Below are positions 1 to 14,449 of a DNA stretch of 64,000 nt, in pieces. Below the pieces are notes generated by a model that saw nothing but the letters and a program-made list of their open reading frames with translations, did no database searches and was not told the origin of the DNA. The position numbers and the translations under genes are program-made. Numbering within the stretch: the first letter of the stretch is position 1; the number at the start of each line of letters is the position of its first letter. The DNA lies in assembly GCA_053919585.1 (NCBI GenBank), contig CM132792.1. One strand, given 5' to 3'. Source of the stretch: Euprymna scolopes. Its lineage: Eukaryota.

Positions 1-17
1 CCATGGAAACGAACGAC

Positions 18-315
18 AAACACACACACTCACACACACACACATGCACACACACACATACACGCACAAAAACACACATGAAAACATACACATGCGCGCA
101 TGCACACATGCGCACACACATACAAACACACACATAAAAACACACACACACGCACTCACAGACACAAACACACACACATACAAACACACAAACAAACACG
201 CTCACACACATACAGGCACACGCATACATGTACACACACGCACGGGCACAAACACACACACTCGCATACACACACACACACACACACACTAAAAACAAAA
301 ACAAAAACACACATA
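18..315. repeat. Degenerate (CA)n-rich microsatellite; a similar tract resumes at ~2445-2790 after the LINE
   Basis: Imperfect CA/CACG runs; the His/Thr ORFs are a by-product. Confidence 0.95.
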
Positions 316-346
316 GTCTGACAAAAGTTTTCCTTATTTATTCTAT

Positions 347-2390
347 AGTATGCCTCACTGTCCCCAATGGTTTACCTCTGCTTGTGCAGCTGCCATTGCT
401 CAAAGGCAGCATGCATTCCGCGGATTCAACCGACATAAGTCCAGTTCAAACAGACAGAAGTATATAGAAGCCAGAAATAATTGTAAGACAGTAATAGCGA
501 CAGCTAAGACAGATTACACTGAAACCACCAGGAAACGCATCGAAGCACAGATATTAGGAGCCCGTGATTTTTGGAAAATCTACAACAGTGTAGTAAATAA
601 TAGGCAGTCAACGATTCCTCCACTATCAAACAATCATGAGGTTGCTTGCACGCCAACCGACAAGACTAATCTGCCCGCCAGTCGGTTTGCCTCAAACTGC
701 ACACTGGACCCGGCACAGCACCCCCTCCCCGACTTTCCTTTGCGGACAGAGGACACATTAGACGATTTGAAAATCACCCTTACTCAGGTGCATGGTATCA
801 TAAAAAACCTAGACACCTCAAAAGCATGTAGACCAGATCTCATTCCGGCTGTTCTAATAAAAAAATGCTCTGCTGAGGTTGCTCCAGTCCTCTCCAAACT
901 TTACAATAAATGCCTTAACGAATCTTGCTTTCACTGCTGGAAAACCGCTTCTGTGGTACCAGTCTTCAAGAATTCTGGTGAAAGAACTGACCCACTAAAT
1001 TATCGCCCCATTAGCCTCCTCCCACTTTTCGCCAAAATATTTGAGTCCTTAGTTAATCAAGCCCTAGTCCAACACCTAACAGCTGCTAAACTCCTGACTT
1101 ACAAACAATATGAATTCAGGTAAGCCCGTTCAACAGCAGATATCTTAACTGTAGTCTCTGAACGTATATACCGTTCACTGGACAAAGCAGGGAAGGGTGG
1201 AGTGGTAGCCCTTGATATATCTAAGGCTTTTGACAGGGTATCGCACGATGGTCTTCTAAGGAAAATTAGATCATATGGTATCACTGGAAGAATACAGAAT
1301 GTAATTAAATCCTTCTCAAGCAAGAGAAAAATCCAAGTTGTCCTCGACGGTCGTACATCCAAACAATATGATATAAATGCGGTAGTACCTCAGGGGTCTA
1401 TCCTTGGACCTTTATTGTTCCTGATATTCATAAATGACCTCCCTGATAAAATTGTTTCGGAGATGGGTATATTTGCCGATGACACCACCCTCTATAACAG
1501 GCATGAGGGGAAAACAAATGAACATATATCTAAAGAAATGGCAGAAACACTAGAGGATAACTTCCAATCTGTAGTGGAATAGGGACAAAAATGGATTGAC
1601 ACATTCAATGCTGCCAAGACTAAGCTTGTTTCCTTCAATAAATACAAGAAACCTTTTCTACCACCAATAGCAATGACCAAGAACACACTGTCTGAAAGTA
1701 CTTCCTTTAAACTCCTAAGCCTAACGTTTACATGGAACATGAACTGGAATATATACATTGAGAGCATTGCTAAGGCTGCTACAAAGAAGGTTGGCTCTCT
1801 CTACCGTGCCAGAAAATTACTTACGCCTGAAAGTATCCTGTACCTCTATAAGGCCACCATTTGCCCATGTATGGAGTACTGTTGTTACATTTGGGTTGGA
1901 GCATCTGCTGCTTGTCTCTCACTCCTGGACAGGGTTCAAAAGAGAGTCGCCAACCTGATAGATCCTGAACTGTCATCTAGGCTTCAGCCTCTGTCCCATC
2001 GACGAGATGTTGCATCCCTTTGCCTGTTCTACAAGTACTTTAATGGTGGATGCTCTGACGAACTGCAAATACTTGTACCTCCTCGACGTGACTACCTTTG
2101 ACAAACCCGACAAGCAACTAAGTCCCACCCCTTCACAGTAGAGATCCCTAGGCGTAAGAAGCCTTTTACTGCAATAGTTTCTTCCCCAGAACTGCAAGTC
2201 TTTGGAACTCTTTTCCGGGATACTTCTTTCCTAACTGTACTGATATGCAGAAGTTCAAGTGTAATGTGAACAAACATCTTTCTACTTATCTCCCTTCATA
2301 ATGCCCCCGCAAATTATATACCCGATAGTAGTCCCATACTTCAAAGTGGCACTTATCTTGTTTGGGGTGAAAATTGAATAATAAAAAAAA
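347..2390 (+). mobile_element. 5'-truncated CR1-group LINE (RT), decayed
   Basis: Broken ORFs with NYRPISLL, ALDISKAFDRV, VPQGSILGPLLF, FADD, MEYCCYIW; ends in an A-tail at ~2380-2390. Confidence 0.95.
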
Positions 2391-2834
2391 GTAAGAGGGG
2401 GTTTCTAACAATTTTTTTTTTTATCTTAAGTAAGTTTATTAAAAAACGCACACTCACGAACACGCACACATACAAACACACTAAAACACACATTTACGCA
2501 AAAACGTACACACGCACACGCATACACATACATGCACATAGTCACACACACACGTACACACACGCACACTAGCATGCACACAAACACTCACGTGCACCTA
2601 CGCACATAGACACACACGCACGCACACATACACACACAAAACAAAAACATTCACATTGTTAGGATATGTTTCTAATTATTTTTACATTTGTTTTAGTGAA
2701 GTAAATATTTGATAAAGATTTTTATATTAAATTCTTTAATTTAATTAGTACACACACACACACATACACATACACACACATACACACATATATATATATT
2801 TATATAATGCTCCTTACCTTGAGTTGAGCATATT

Positions 2835-3040
2835 GGGAAGTGACAAATCGAGCTTAGATATTCGGACGATGTCAAAACATCGTTAATCGACTGCCCGCAC
2901 ACATAGCAGCTGCTGATTGCCGTAATGGCTTAAAGCCTTGACTGTCGTATGGGCGGTCGGGTTTCGATCCTGGCTTGAGGTAGTTGCCTGTTTAGCCGCA
3001 CTGATGAGCTTTGATACAACGAAGCAGTACGGTATGTGGA

Positions 3041-3045
<5 letters not shown>
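2835..3045 (+). mobile_element. tRNA-derived SINE-like element abutting (TA)n, copy 1
   Basis: A-box-like TTGCCGTAATGG, B-box-like GTTTCGATCC (2961-2970); homologous to the reverse complement of 25158-25355. Confidence 0.7.
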
Positions 3046-3099
<54 letters not shown>

Positions 3100-3254
3100 G
3101 AGCTGATAGCTGTTATGACACATATTCAAATAATCGAAGTGGCGTCACTAGGAAAGGAAAAAGAGAAAAAATTGCATCACTTGGCCAGGACGATAGTGTG
3201 GTTCCATGGTGAGGACGAGAAACTTTTAAGCTAAATGGCAGGATTTTATAAACT

Positions 3255-5470
3255 ACCTGGCAGGTGCACAGCAACAGAAAAAGCTTGCTCGACGGTTTGC
3301 CTCCAAATCCGTTTTAGAACCAACTAACCACCCCCTCCCAAATTTACCTTTGCTGACAGAAACCAAACTCGATGATCTGAAAATCACCATAAAAATTTCT
3401 ATGAAAAACCTAAACACTTTGAAGGCATGTTGGCTTGATCTTAGTCTTGCTATATTATTAAGAAAAAAATGCTCCTTTGAGTTTACTCCGGTACTATCTA
3501 AATGATTCAACAAATCTTGATTTCCTGACTGCCAGAAAATTACTTCTGTTGTACCAGTTTTCACAAATTATGGCGAAAGAACTGACTCACTCAATTATCC
3601 AATTAGCCTCCTCCCTCACTGCGCTAAAATCTTTAAGTCCTTAATTAATCCAGCACTAGTTCGCCACCTCATAGGTAATAAATTTCTTTCTGACCAACAG
3701 TATGGATTTAGGCAAGCCCGTTTTACTTCAGATATCCTAACTGTAATCTCTGAACATATATATCAAGCATTCAATAAGGCAGAGGAAGCTAGAGAGGCAG
3801 CCTTAGGCAAATCTAAAGCCTTTGACAGGTTTTGACGATTACTGATATTACCTATAAAATTGTATTTGATGTTACAACCACTTGTAGTAAACGAATAGTA
3901 TACATAATACATTTCATCAACAATTCTCATTCATCAAATATTGTTCCAACAGCTGCTTTGTGTGTTTAAACAAAAAGAATTTAAGTTACTATCGCCTCTC
4001 CACGAGGACTTGACGTGACACAAGTTCGGTTTTGATTAAAATCAAGTTCCATACTTCTTTGTCAGCTGATCTAATCTTATATATATGAATGCCCTGGAAA
4101 AGTATCTTCTGGTTAATGTTAACCAGTTTTAAAATATTAAAATATTGTTACTCTGAAAAACAGTCGCGTTGGTTTGCATATATTTCGTTTTAATATAAAT
4201 ATTTCCCGAGTTTATAGAAAAGAACATATTTCTTGAAATAATGTTCTTTATAATAAATTGTTCAAAAAAAAAAAAAAAGAAAGTTAAATGAAGACCTATC
4301 TCAACCCTCAGAGCAGATATAGAATCGACCTACAATCATGTTTTTTGTGTATTCTTCATTTTTTTTTTTTTTATTGGTCTGCTTTCAAATTATTTGAGTA
4401 TTACTGGACGCATACTTAACAATTTTTTAGATAATAGAAAGTTATCCTTGATGGTCGTACATCTGAACAAATGTTATAACTATGCGTGTGCCACAGGGGT
4501 CAATCCTCGGACCATTACTTTTCCTAATATTCATTAATGACCTCCCAGATAAAATTTTCTCTGAGATCTGCATATTTGCTGGTAACACTACGATCTATAA
4601 CAGATTCGAGGAAAAAACGAATGAATACATATCTAAAGAAATGGCAAAAAACTTGAGGGAGACCTCCAGTCTGTAGTAGAATTGGACTGAAACTGGGTGG
4701 TAACGTCCAATGCCGCCAAGACCAAGATTATTTTTTTAAATAATTACAAGAAACATTCTCAACCACTGATTGCCATGACATTCTCAACCACTGATTGCCA
4801 TGGCTAATGATACACTTTCCTCACCTTAGCATTCACAAACAACAAGAATAAGAACGAATACTGTGAGGTATTACCAAGGCTGTTGCGAGGAAAGGTGGGC
4901 TCCCTCTACCATGCTAGAAGGTTACTCACACATGAGAGTATCCTGTATCTCTACAAAGCCAATATTCGCCCAAGCATGGAATATTGCTGTCACATCTGGC
5001 CTGCTGTATCTGTCATTAGTCGGTCGCCCCTAAATAGGGTTCCAAAAAGAGTTGCTAACCTAATAAGTCCCGGATTCGACTAAACTCCAGCCTCTGTCCC
5101 ATTGCTGAAATGTGTTTGTGAAATCTGTTTTACGAGTATTTTAATGGTTAGTACTCGGGCGACCTCAAAGCACTAGTACCCCTTCGACGTAAATACCACC
5201 TACAAATTCGACATGCAGCAAAACTCCACTGAAGAGATCCCTAGAAGCTGAAAAATCTTCTACTGAAATAGCTTCTTCCATCGAACAGATAGATTTTGGA
5301 ATTCTCTTTCAAACCTCTGCTTCTCTGACTGTACTTACATGGAGAAGTTTAAGTGTAATGTGAACAGACATCTCGTTGCTAAACTCTTTACACAGTAAAT
5401 TTGGTCCCAAATAGTAGCTTTTTACGACTTGGTGGCACTGTGCCTAGTTTGAGATATAAAAAAAATATAA
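3255..5470 (+). mobile_element. Older CR1-group LINE copy interrupted by a ~530-bp unrelated insertion (~3860-4385)
   Basis: Collinear with 650-2390 on both sides of the insertion; VPQGSILGPLLFLIFINDLP, MEYCCHIW; A-rich tail; 25-bp tandem duplication at 4753-4802. Confidence 0.9.
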
Positions 5471-5629
5471 CCCCCCCCCCCAAAAAAAGAAAAACGACAT
5501 GATAAACTAACTTTTAAAGCAAGAGAAAATGCTTTATTTTGGAAGAACTATGAATAATTCATTTCAACTGAAAAAGCTGAGTCGAATTTCTTTTTTTCTT
5601 CTTCTTTTTTTGCGACTGTCTCATGGATT

Positions 5630-6110
5630 AGATTGTTTTTTGTTTAACGGCATATCAACCCTTTTCGGGTTATTTAATGCCGAATCCAGTTATTTGGGAA
5701 ATAGTATTCATGTTGCATCCAGTTATTTTGTAGAAGGTTTTTATTCTTCAAGCTTTTTGTATCTTCAATCGCTAGTTTGTAGTGTTTGGTTTGGTTTGGT
5801 TTGGTTGTTTTATAGTGCATGTTATCGTTTTTGTTTCCTGTCCTGAAGAACATGAATGAGTTTTGCAATGGGAGAGAGAAAAAGGATTACAGTCTCAATG
5901 TTTGGTACATTTTAAGTTGGGAAACCAGTCAGTGGGGGAGATAGAAATGGGAAATGGGAAGAAAGAAAAGAAAAAGGGGGTTGTTTTTGGTTTTGCAGAA
6001 CATAATTAAGTTTTGCAAAAGGAAGTAGAAAAACACAAAAGCATCAATGTTAGGTGAATTACGTCCCGGGAAGCCAATATTTTCAGACAGCCTGATCTGG
6101 TAGCACCAGG
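5630..6110 (-). repeat. Interspersed SINE-like repeat, related to 37595-37880
   Basis: Shared blocks CTACCAGATCAGGC...AAAATAT...TTCCC and GGATTCGGCATTAA...GGTTGAT..GCCGT.AA.CAAAA. Confidence 0.65.
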
Positions 6111-6374
6111 CAACTGTCTCAGACACAACGTGTGGGTCCGATATTGTGATGTAACGGCACCGTTGGAGAAGATTAACGACAACGTTACATGCTGTTACTT
6201 TTTATTACGTCAATTTTATTATGACATACTGATTAAATAACCTTTATTAAAATTAGGAGGGTCGCTCTATTTATGGATTTTAATTGCAATTTAACTAAAC
6301 ATCACCAGATTTTTTTTTCGTATTCTGAAAAACAATTCCCTTTCTCCCTTTCTTCTGTTTAGTTTGAATTTACA

Positions 6375-7025
6375 TATATAATTATCATTCAAACACGGTA
6401 GTGTTTGAATATATGGTTAAGTGACAGTTTTAGTTATTTAGAACTGTTTTAAAGTTTTACTGCTCACTCATTTTTCGACCAAATTTCAAACAATCATTAC
6501 ATTATGATGAATTTACTGGTCCTCAAAATCGTAAAAAATGTAAGGAGGTGATCGACGTTTTGTATGACTGGTTTCAATAGCAACCACGTCGATTCAGCGA
6601 CTACTGTTGCTACCAATTCACCGCTCTCGCAAAAAGAGAAGTAACAAGTGAAACAGAGAGAAGCAAAGAATGAAAGGGAGACAATTGAGGGATTTTATTG
6701 AAAGCGGATAAGTGCCGTACATTGTTATTATATATGTGTATGTTATGTTTATGGGGGGTGGGGAGAATAAGATTGAAATTAAACAAGGAGTAAGTGAATT
6801 TACCAAAAGCCTGGAAAAATCATGGATTACAATAGAAAAATGCGAGCATGAAAAGTAATATGGTTAAGCTTAAACATGAAAAAGGTAAAGAACTAGTTGT
6901 TAAAACTTGAAAAGAAACGGACAAGATATTCTAGTAAAAATATAATAAATTCATAATTTAAAATACTGCAGCATTAAGATTAAAAACAAATTCAATTTAT
7001 AACATTATATTATCAATTCATAATG
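6375..7025 (+). repeat. Unclassified ~650-bp interspersed repeat family A, copy 1
   Basis: Aligns with 25355-26012 (+) and 47530-48150 (-). Confidence 0.85.
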
Positions 7026-7096
7026 CTGCAATATTTTCAGTTATACATTTATGATATTTTTACGAGAATAGCTTGTCCTTTAATTCACAGAACTTG

Positions 7097-10000
7097 TAAA
7101 TTGTATTTTACATTTATTATATTTTATATTTATTGTATTTTTCATTTATTGTATTTTACATTTATTGTATTTGACATTTATTGTATTTTACATTTATTGT
7201 ATTTTACATTTATTATATTTTACATTTATTATATTTGAAATTTATTGTATTTTACATTTATTGCATTTTATATTTATTGTATTTTACATTTATTATATTT
7301 TACGTTTAGTATATTTTACATTTATTTTAGTTTATATTTATTGTATTTTACATTTATTGTATTTAATATTATTGTATTTTACATTTATTATATTTTACAT
7401 TTATTGTATTTTAGATTTATTATATTTTACATTTATTGTAATTTACATTTATTATATTTTAAATTCATTGTATTTTAAATTTATTGTATTTTACATTTAT
7501 TGTATTTTACATTTCTTATATTTCAAATTTATCGTATTTTACATTTATTATATTTTACATTTATTGTATCATATATTTATTGTATTTTATATTTATTGTA
7601 TTTTACATTTACTATATTTTATATTTATTGTATTTTTCATTTATTGTATTCTACATTTATTGCATTTTATATTTATTGTATTTTACATTTATTATATTTT
7701 ACGTTTAGTATATCTTACATTTATTTTAGTTTATATTTATTGTATTTTACATTTATTGTATTTTATATTATTGTATTTTACATTTATTATATTTTACGTT
7801 TATTGTATTTTAGATTTATTATATTTTACATTTATTGTAATTTACATTTATTATATTTTAAATTCATTGCATTTTAAATTTATTGTATTTTACATTTATT
7901 GTATTTTACATTTATTATATTTTATATTTATTGTATTTTACATGTATTATATTTCAAATTTATCGTATTTTAAATTTATTATATTTTACATTTATTGTAT
8001 CATATATTTATTGTATTTTATATTTATTGTATTTTACATTTACTATATTTTATATTTATTGTATTTTTCATTTATTGTATTCTACATTTATTGCATTTTA
8101 TATTTATTGTATTTTACATTTATTATATTTTACGTTTAGTATATTTTACATTTATTTTAGTTTATATTTATTGTATTTTACATTTATTGTATTTTATATT
8201 ATTGTATTTTACATTTATTATATTTTACGTTTATTGTATTTTAGATTTATTATATTTTACATTTATTGTAATTTACATTTATTATATTTTAAATTCATTG
8301 CATTTTAAATTTATTGTATTTTACATTTATTGTATTTTACATTTATTATATTTTATATTTATTGTATTTTACATGTATTATATTTCACATTTATGGTATT
8401 CTACATTTATTGTATTTTACATTAATTATGTTTTACATTTTTTGTATTTTACATTTATTGTATTTTACATTTATTGTGTTTTACACTTATTGTATTCTGC
8501 ATTTATTATATTTTACATTTATTGTATTTTACATTTATTGTATTTTATATTTATTGTATTTAATATTTATTGTATTTTACATTCATTATATTTTACATGT
8601 ATTATATTTTACATTTATTCTATTTTACATTTATTTTAATTTTACATTTATTATATTTTATATTTATTGTAATTTACATTTATTGTGTTTTACATACATT
8701 TATTATATTTTACATTTATTATATGTGAATTTTTTGTATTTTACATTCATTGTATTTTTTATTTATTGTATTTTACATTTATTGTATTTACCATTTATTG
8801 TATTTTACATTTATTTTACTTAACATTTATTGTATTTTATATTTATTATATTTTATATTTATTCTAGTTTAAATTTTTTGTATTTGACATTTATTGTATT
8901 TTATATTTATTTAATTTTACATTTATTGTATTTTATATGTATTTTATTTTATATTTATTATATTTTACATTTATTGTATTTACCATTTATTATATTTTAC
9001 ATTCATTGTATTTTACATTTATTGCATCTTATATTATTGTATTTTACATTTATTATATTTTACATTTATTGTATTTTACATTTATTGTCTTTTACATTTA
9101 TTGTATTTTACATTTATTATCTTTTATATTTACTGTATTTTAAATTTATTGTATTTTATATTTATTATATTTCATAATTTTTGTATATACATTTATTATA
9201 TTTTACATTTATTGTATTTTACCTTTATTGTATTTTACATTTATTACATTTTACATTTATTGTATTTTACAATTATTATCCTTTACATTGTTTATATTTA
9301 ACATTTATTGTATTTTACATTTATTGTATTTTACATTTATCAAATTCTATATTTATCAAATTTTACATTTATTATATTTAACGTTTATTATATTTTACAT
9401 TTATAATATTTTACATTTATTATATATTACATTAATCGTATTTTATATTTATTGTATTTTATATTTATTGTATTTTACATTTATTATGTTTTACATTTAT
9501 TATATTTTAAATTTATTTCATTATATATTTATTGTATTTTATATTTATTATATTTTACATTTATTATATTTTATATTTATTATATTTTACATTTATTATA
9601 TTAAACATTTATTGTATTTAACATTTATTGTATATAACATTCATTGTATTTTAAATTTACTGTATTTTGCATTTGTTGTATTTTACATCTATTATATTTT
9701 ATATTTATTGTATTTTACATGTATTGTATTTTACATTTATTGTATTTTACATTTATTGTATTTTACATTTATTGTCATATATATTTATTTTATTTTTTAT
9801 TTATTGTATTTTACATTTATTGTATTTTAAATTTATTGTATGTTCCATTTATTATATTTAACACTTATTGTATTTTAAATTTATTGTATTTTACCTTTGT
9901 TGTATTTTGCATTTATTGTATTTTACATGTATTATATTTTACATTCATTGTATCTTACGTTTATGTAATTTTACACTTATTATATTTTACGTTTATTGAA

Positions 10001-13000
10001 TTCTACATTTATTATATTTTACATTTGTTGTTTTTTACATTTATTGTATTTTATATTAATTGTATTTAATATTTAATTGTATTTTACCTTCATTATATTT
10101 TACATTTATTTCATTTTACATTTATGTTAATTTATCATTTATTATATTTTATATTTATTATATTTTACATTTTTTGTATTTTACATTCATTTTATTTTTC
10201 CTTTATTGTATTTCACATTTATTGTATTTAAATTCATTGTATTTTTAATTTATTATATTTTACATTTATTATATTTTATATTTATTGTATTTTAAATGTA
10301 TTGTATTTCACATTTATTTTATTTTACATATATTATATTTTATATTTATTATATTTTATATTTATTGCATTTTACATTTTTTGTATTTTACATTTATTGT
10401 ATTTTACATTTATTGTATTTTATATGTATTTTATTTTATATTTATTATATTTTACATTTATTTAATTCATCATTTATTATATTTTACATTTATTGCATTT
10501 TATATTATTGTATTTTACATTTATTATATTTTACATTTATTGTTTTTTACATTAATTGTCTTTTACATTTATTGTATTTTACATTTATTATATCTTATAT
10601 TTATTGTATTTTAAATTTATGGTATTTTACATTTATTATATTTCATATTCATTGTATCTTACATTTATTATATTTTACATTTATTGTATTTTGCCTTTAT
10701 TGTATTTTGCATTTATTATATTTTACATTTATTATATTTTGCATTTATTATATTTTACATTTATTGTATTTTACTTTTATTATATTTAACATTTATTGTA
10801 TTTTAGATTTATTGTATATTACATTCATTGTATTTTAAATTTATTGTATGTTGCATTTATCGTATTTTACATTTAATATATTATATATTTATTGTATTTT
10901 ACATTTATTATATTATATATTTATTGTATTTTACATTTATTTATTTTACATTTAATGTATTTTACATTCATTATTTACATTTATTGTAATATATATTTAT
11001 TGTATTTTATATTTATTGTATTTTACATTTATTGTATTTTACCTTCATTGTCTTTTAAATTTATTGTATTTTACTTTTGTTGTATTTTGCATTTATTGTA
11101 TTTTATATTTATTTTATTTTATATTTATTGTATGTTACATTCCTAATATTTTACAGTTATTGTATTTTGCATTTATTGTATTTTACATTTATTTTAATTT
11201 TACATTTATTATAATTAATATTTATTGTATTTTACATTTATTGTATTTTACATTAATTGTATTTTAAATTTATTATATTTTACATTTATTATATTTCACA
11301 TTTTTTTGTATTTTACACTCATTGTATTTTTCTTTATTGTATTTTACATTTATTGTAATTTACATTAATTGTATTTTACATTAATTGCATTTTATATTTA
11401 TTGTATTTTACATTTATTATATTTTACGTTTAGTATATTTTACATTTATTGTACTTTACATTTTTTATATTTTATGTGTATTGTATTTACCATTTATTGT
11501 ATTTTGCATTTATTTTATTTTACATTTATTATATTATATATTTATTATATTTTATATTTATTGTAGTTTACATTTTTTGTATTTTATATTTGTTGAATTT
11601 TTTATTCATTGTATTGTACATTTATTGTATTTTATATGTATATTATTTCATATTAATTATATTTTATATTCATTGTATTTACCATTTATTGTATTTTACA
11701 TTTATCCTCTTTTACATGTATTGTATTTACATTTATTATATTTTATATTTATTGTATTTTAAATTTATGGTATTTTACATTTATTATATTTTATATGTAT
11801 TGTCTTTTACATTTATTATATTTTACATTTATTGTATTTTACGTATATTGTATTATGAATTTCTTGTATTTTACATTTATTATATTTTACATTTATTGTA
11901 TCGTAAATTCATTGTATATGGCATTTATTGTATTTTACATTTATTATATTTTAAATTAATTGTATTTTACATGTATTGTATTTTACATGTGTTATATTTT
12001 ACATTTATTGTATTTTACATTTGTTATAGTTAACATTTATTGTATTTTACATTTATTGTATTTTACATTTATCGAATTTTGTATTTATTAAATTTTACAT
12101 TTATTATATTTTACATTTATTACATTTTTCATTTATTATATTTTACCTTTATTATATTTTACATTTATTGTCTTTTATATTTATTGTATTTCATCTTTAT
12201 GGTATTTTACATTTATTATATTTTACATTTATTATATTTTAAATTCATGTTATTTTACATTTTTTGTATTTTATATTTATTATATTTCACATTTATTATA
12301 CTTTACATTTATTGCATTGTACATTAATTATATTTAACATTTATTGTAATTAAGATTTATTGTATTTTACATGTATTGTATTTCATATCCATGGTATTTT
12401 ACATTCATTATATTTTACATTTATTATATCTTATATTTATTGTATTTTACATTTATTATATTTTACATTTATTATATTTCACGTTTATTGTACTTTATAT
12501 GCATTATATGTAACATTTATTACATTTTACATTTATTGTATTTCACATTTATAATATTTTACATTTATTATATATTACATTTATTGTATTTTACATGTAT
12601 TATATTTAACATTTATTATATTTTATATTTATTGTATTTTACATTTATTGTATTTTATATTTATTATACATTACATTTAAAAATTTACATGTAAAATTAT
12701 GTAACATTTATTGTATTTTAGATTTATTGTATTTGTCATTTATCGTATTTTATATTTATTATATTTTATATTTATTGTATTTTACATTTATATATTTTAC
12801 ATTTATATATTTCACATTTATTGTAGTTCATATTTATTGTATTTTACATTATTGTATTTTACATTTATTGTATTTTACATTCATCGTATTTTACATTTAT
12901 TGTATTTTACATTTATTGTTTTTTACACCCATTGTATTTTGCATTTATTTTATTTTGCATTTTGTATTTTACATTTATTGTATTTCATATTTATTGTATT

Positions 13001-13695
13001 TTACATTTATTGTATTTCATATTTATTGTATTTTACATTTATTGTATTTCACATTTATTGTATGTCACATGTATTGTATTTTACATTCGTTGTATTTTAC
13101 ATTTATTGTATTTTATATTTATTATGTTTTATATTTATTATATTTTACAAATATTGCATTTTACATCTATTGTGTTTTATATTCATTTTATTTTACATTT
13201 ATTGTATATTACATTAATTTTATTTCATATTCATTATATTTTACTTGTATTGTATTTTACATTTATCGTATTTTACATTTATTATATATTAAATTCATTG
13301 TATTTTACATTTATAGTATTTTACATTTATTGTATTTTGCATCTATTGTATTTTACCTTCATTATATTTTACGTTTATTGTATTTTACATTTATCGTATT
13401 TTACAGTTATTGTATTTTACATTTATTGTATTTTATATTTATTATATTTAACATTTATTGTATTTTACATTTATTATATTTTTTATTTATTTTATTTCAC
13501 TTTTATTGTATTTTACATTTATTATATTTTTTATTTATTGTATTTTACATTTATTATATTTTACATTTATTGTATTTTAAATTTATTGTATTTTACATTT
13601 ATTGTATTTTACATTTATTGTATTTTACTTTTATCGTATTTTACATTTATTGTATTTTACTTTTATCGTATTTTACATTTATTGTATTTTACATA
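7097..13695. repeat. 6.6-kb AT-rich tandem satellite, 16-bp monomer CATTTATTRTATTTTA
   Basis: Roughly 400 degenerate copies; gives periodic FTFIVFYIYCILHLLY pseudo-ORFs in all three + frames. Confidence 0.97.
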
Positions 13696-14449
13696 TAATA
13701 CTGAAGGAATAAATTTTGAAGACAGGTTACAATTTACACGTGGGAACAGAAAATAACTGATTAATTACATGAGATTCCTTGACATGTTTCGGTTCTAATC
13801 GTATATATACGCGATCACGTATGTAATGATAACAAGTTAAAAAATATTATGTTTCCTCCCGACATTTGATGATAGCAACTCGTAGCGTTAAACATGATTG
13901 TCATAGAGGTGTTATTGTTATTGAATGAGAATTACTTCCAAGATTTGAAATCTTTTTCAAACATGGAGAAAAAAATGCAAAAAATACCATCATTTTCTAC
14001 TCGAATACCCCCCCCTCAAAAAGAGGAGGTAAATCTGTGAGGATGGTATCATAACATAACAGAGTCGAAACTACCCTCAGAGAAGGAGATAATTCCTCGG
14101 AGGATAGCCTAATGAAAATAGAACAGATTATAGACTCAACCCGCAAAAAGGAGGTAATATCAAGGTGTATGGCATCATGAAAACGAAACATATACTACAC
14201 TACCTTTATCCTATTTCAGTCTATACCACTTCATTCCGTTTTTACTATGTCGTATAATAGTGTTCAATCGTATTGTTTGGGAACCAGGCAGACACATAAT
14301 CTCCATTATTAATATATTAAACGCTCTCTTCACAAGCATGACATAGCAATAAATAGACGTCCTTATTATTTATAACTAAGATTAGTCATAGAGGCAAGAT
14401 CGACCAAAGCGAGATAATCTATAAATATAACAGGAAATATATTATTTAA

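Noticed and set aside
44-467. His/Thr-rich ORFs
   Set aside because: Translations of a (CA)n microsatellite.
7023-13756. Dozens of long hydrophobic ORFs resembling membrane proteins
   Set aside because: By-product of the 16-bp satellite; the same periodic peptide appears in all three frames.
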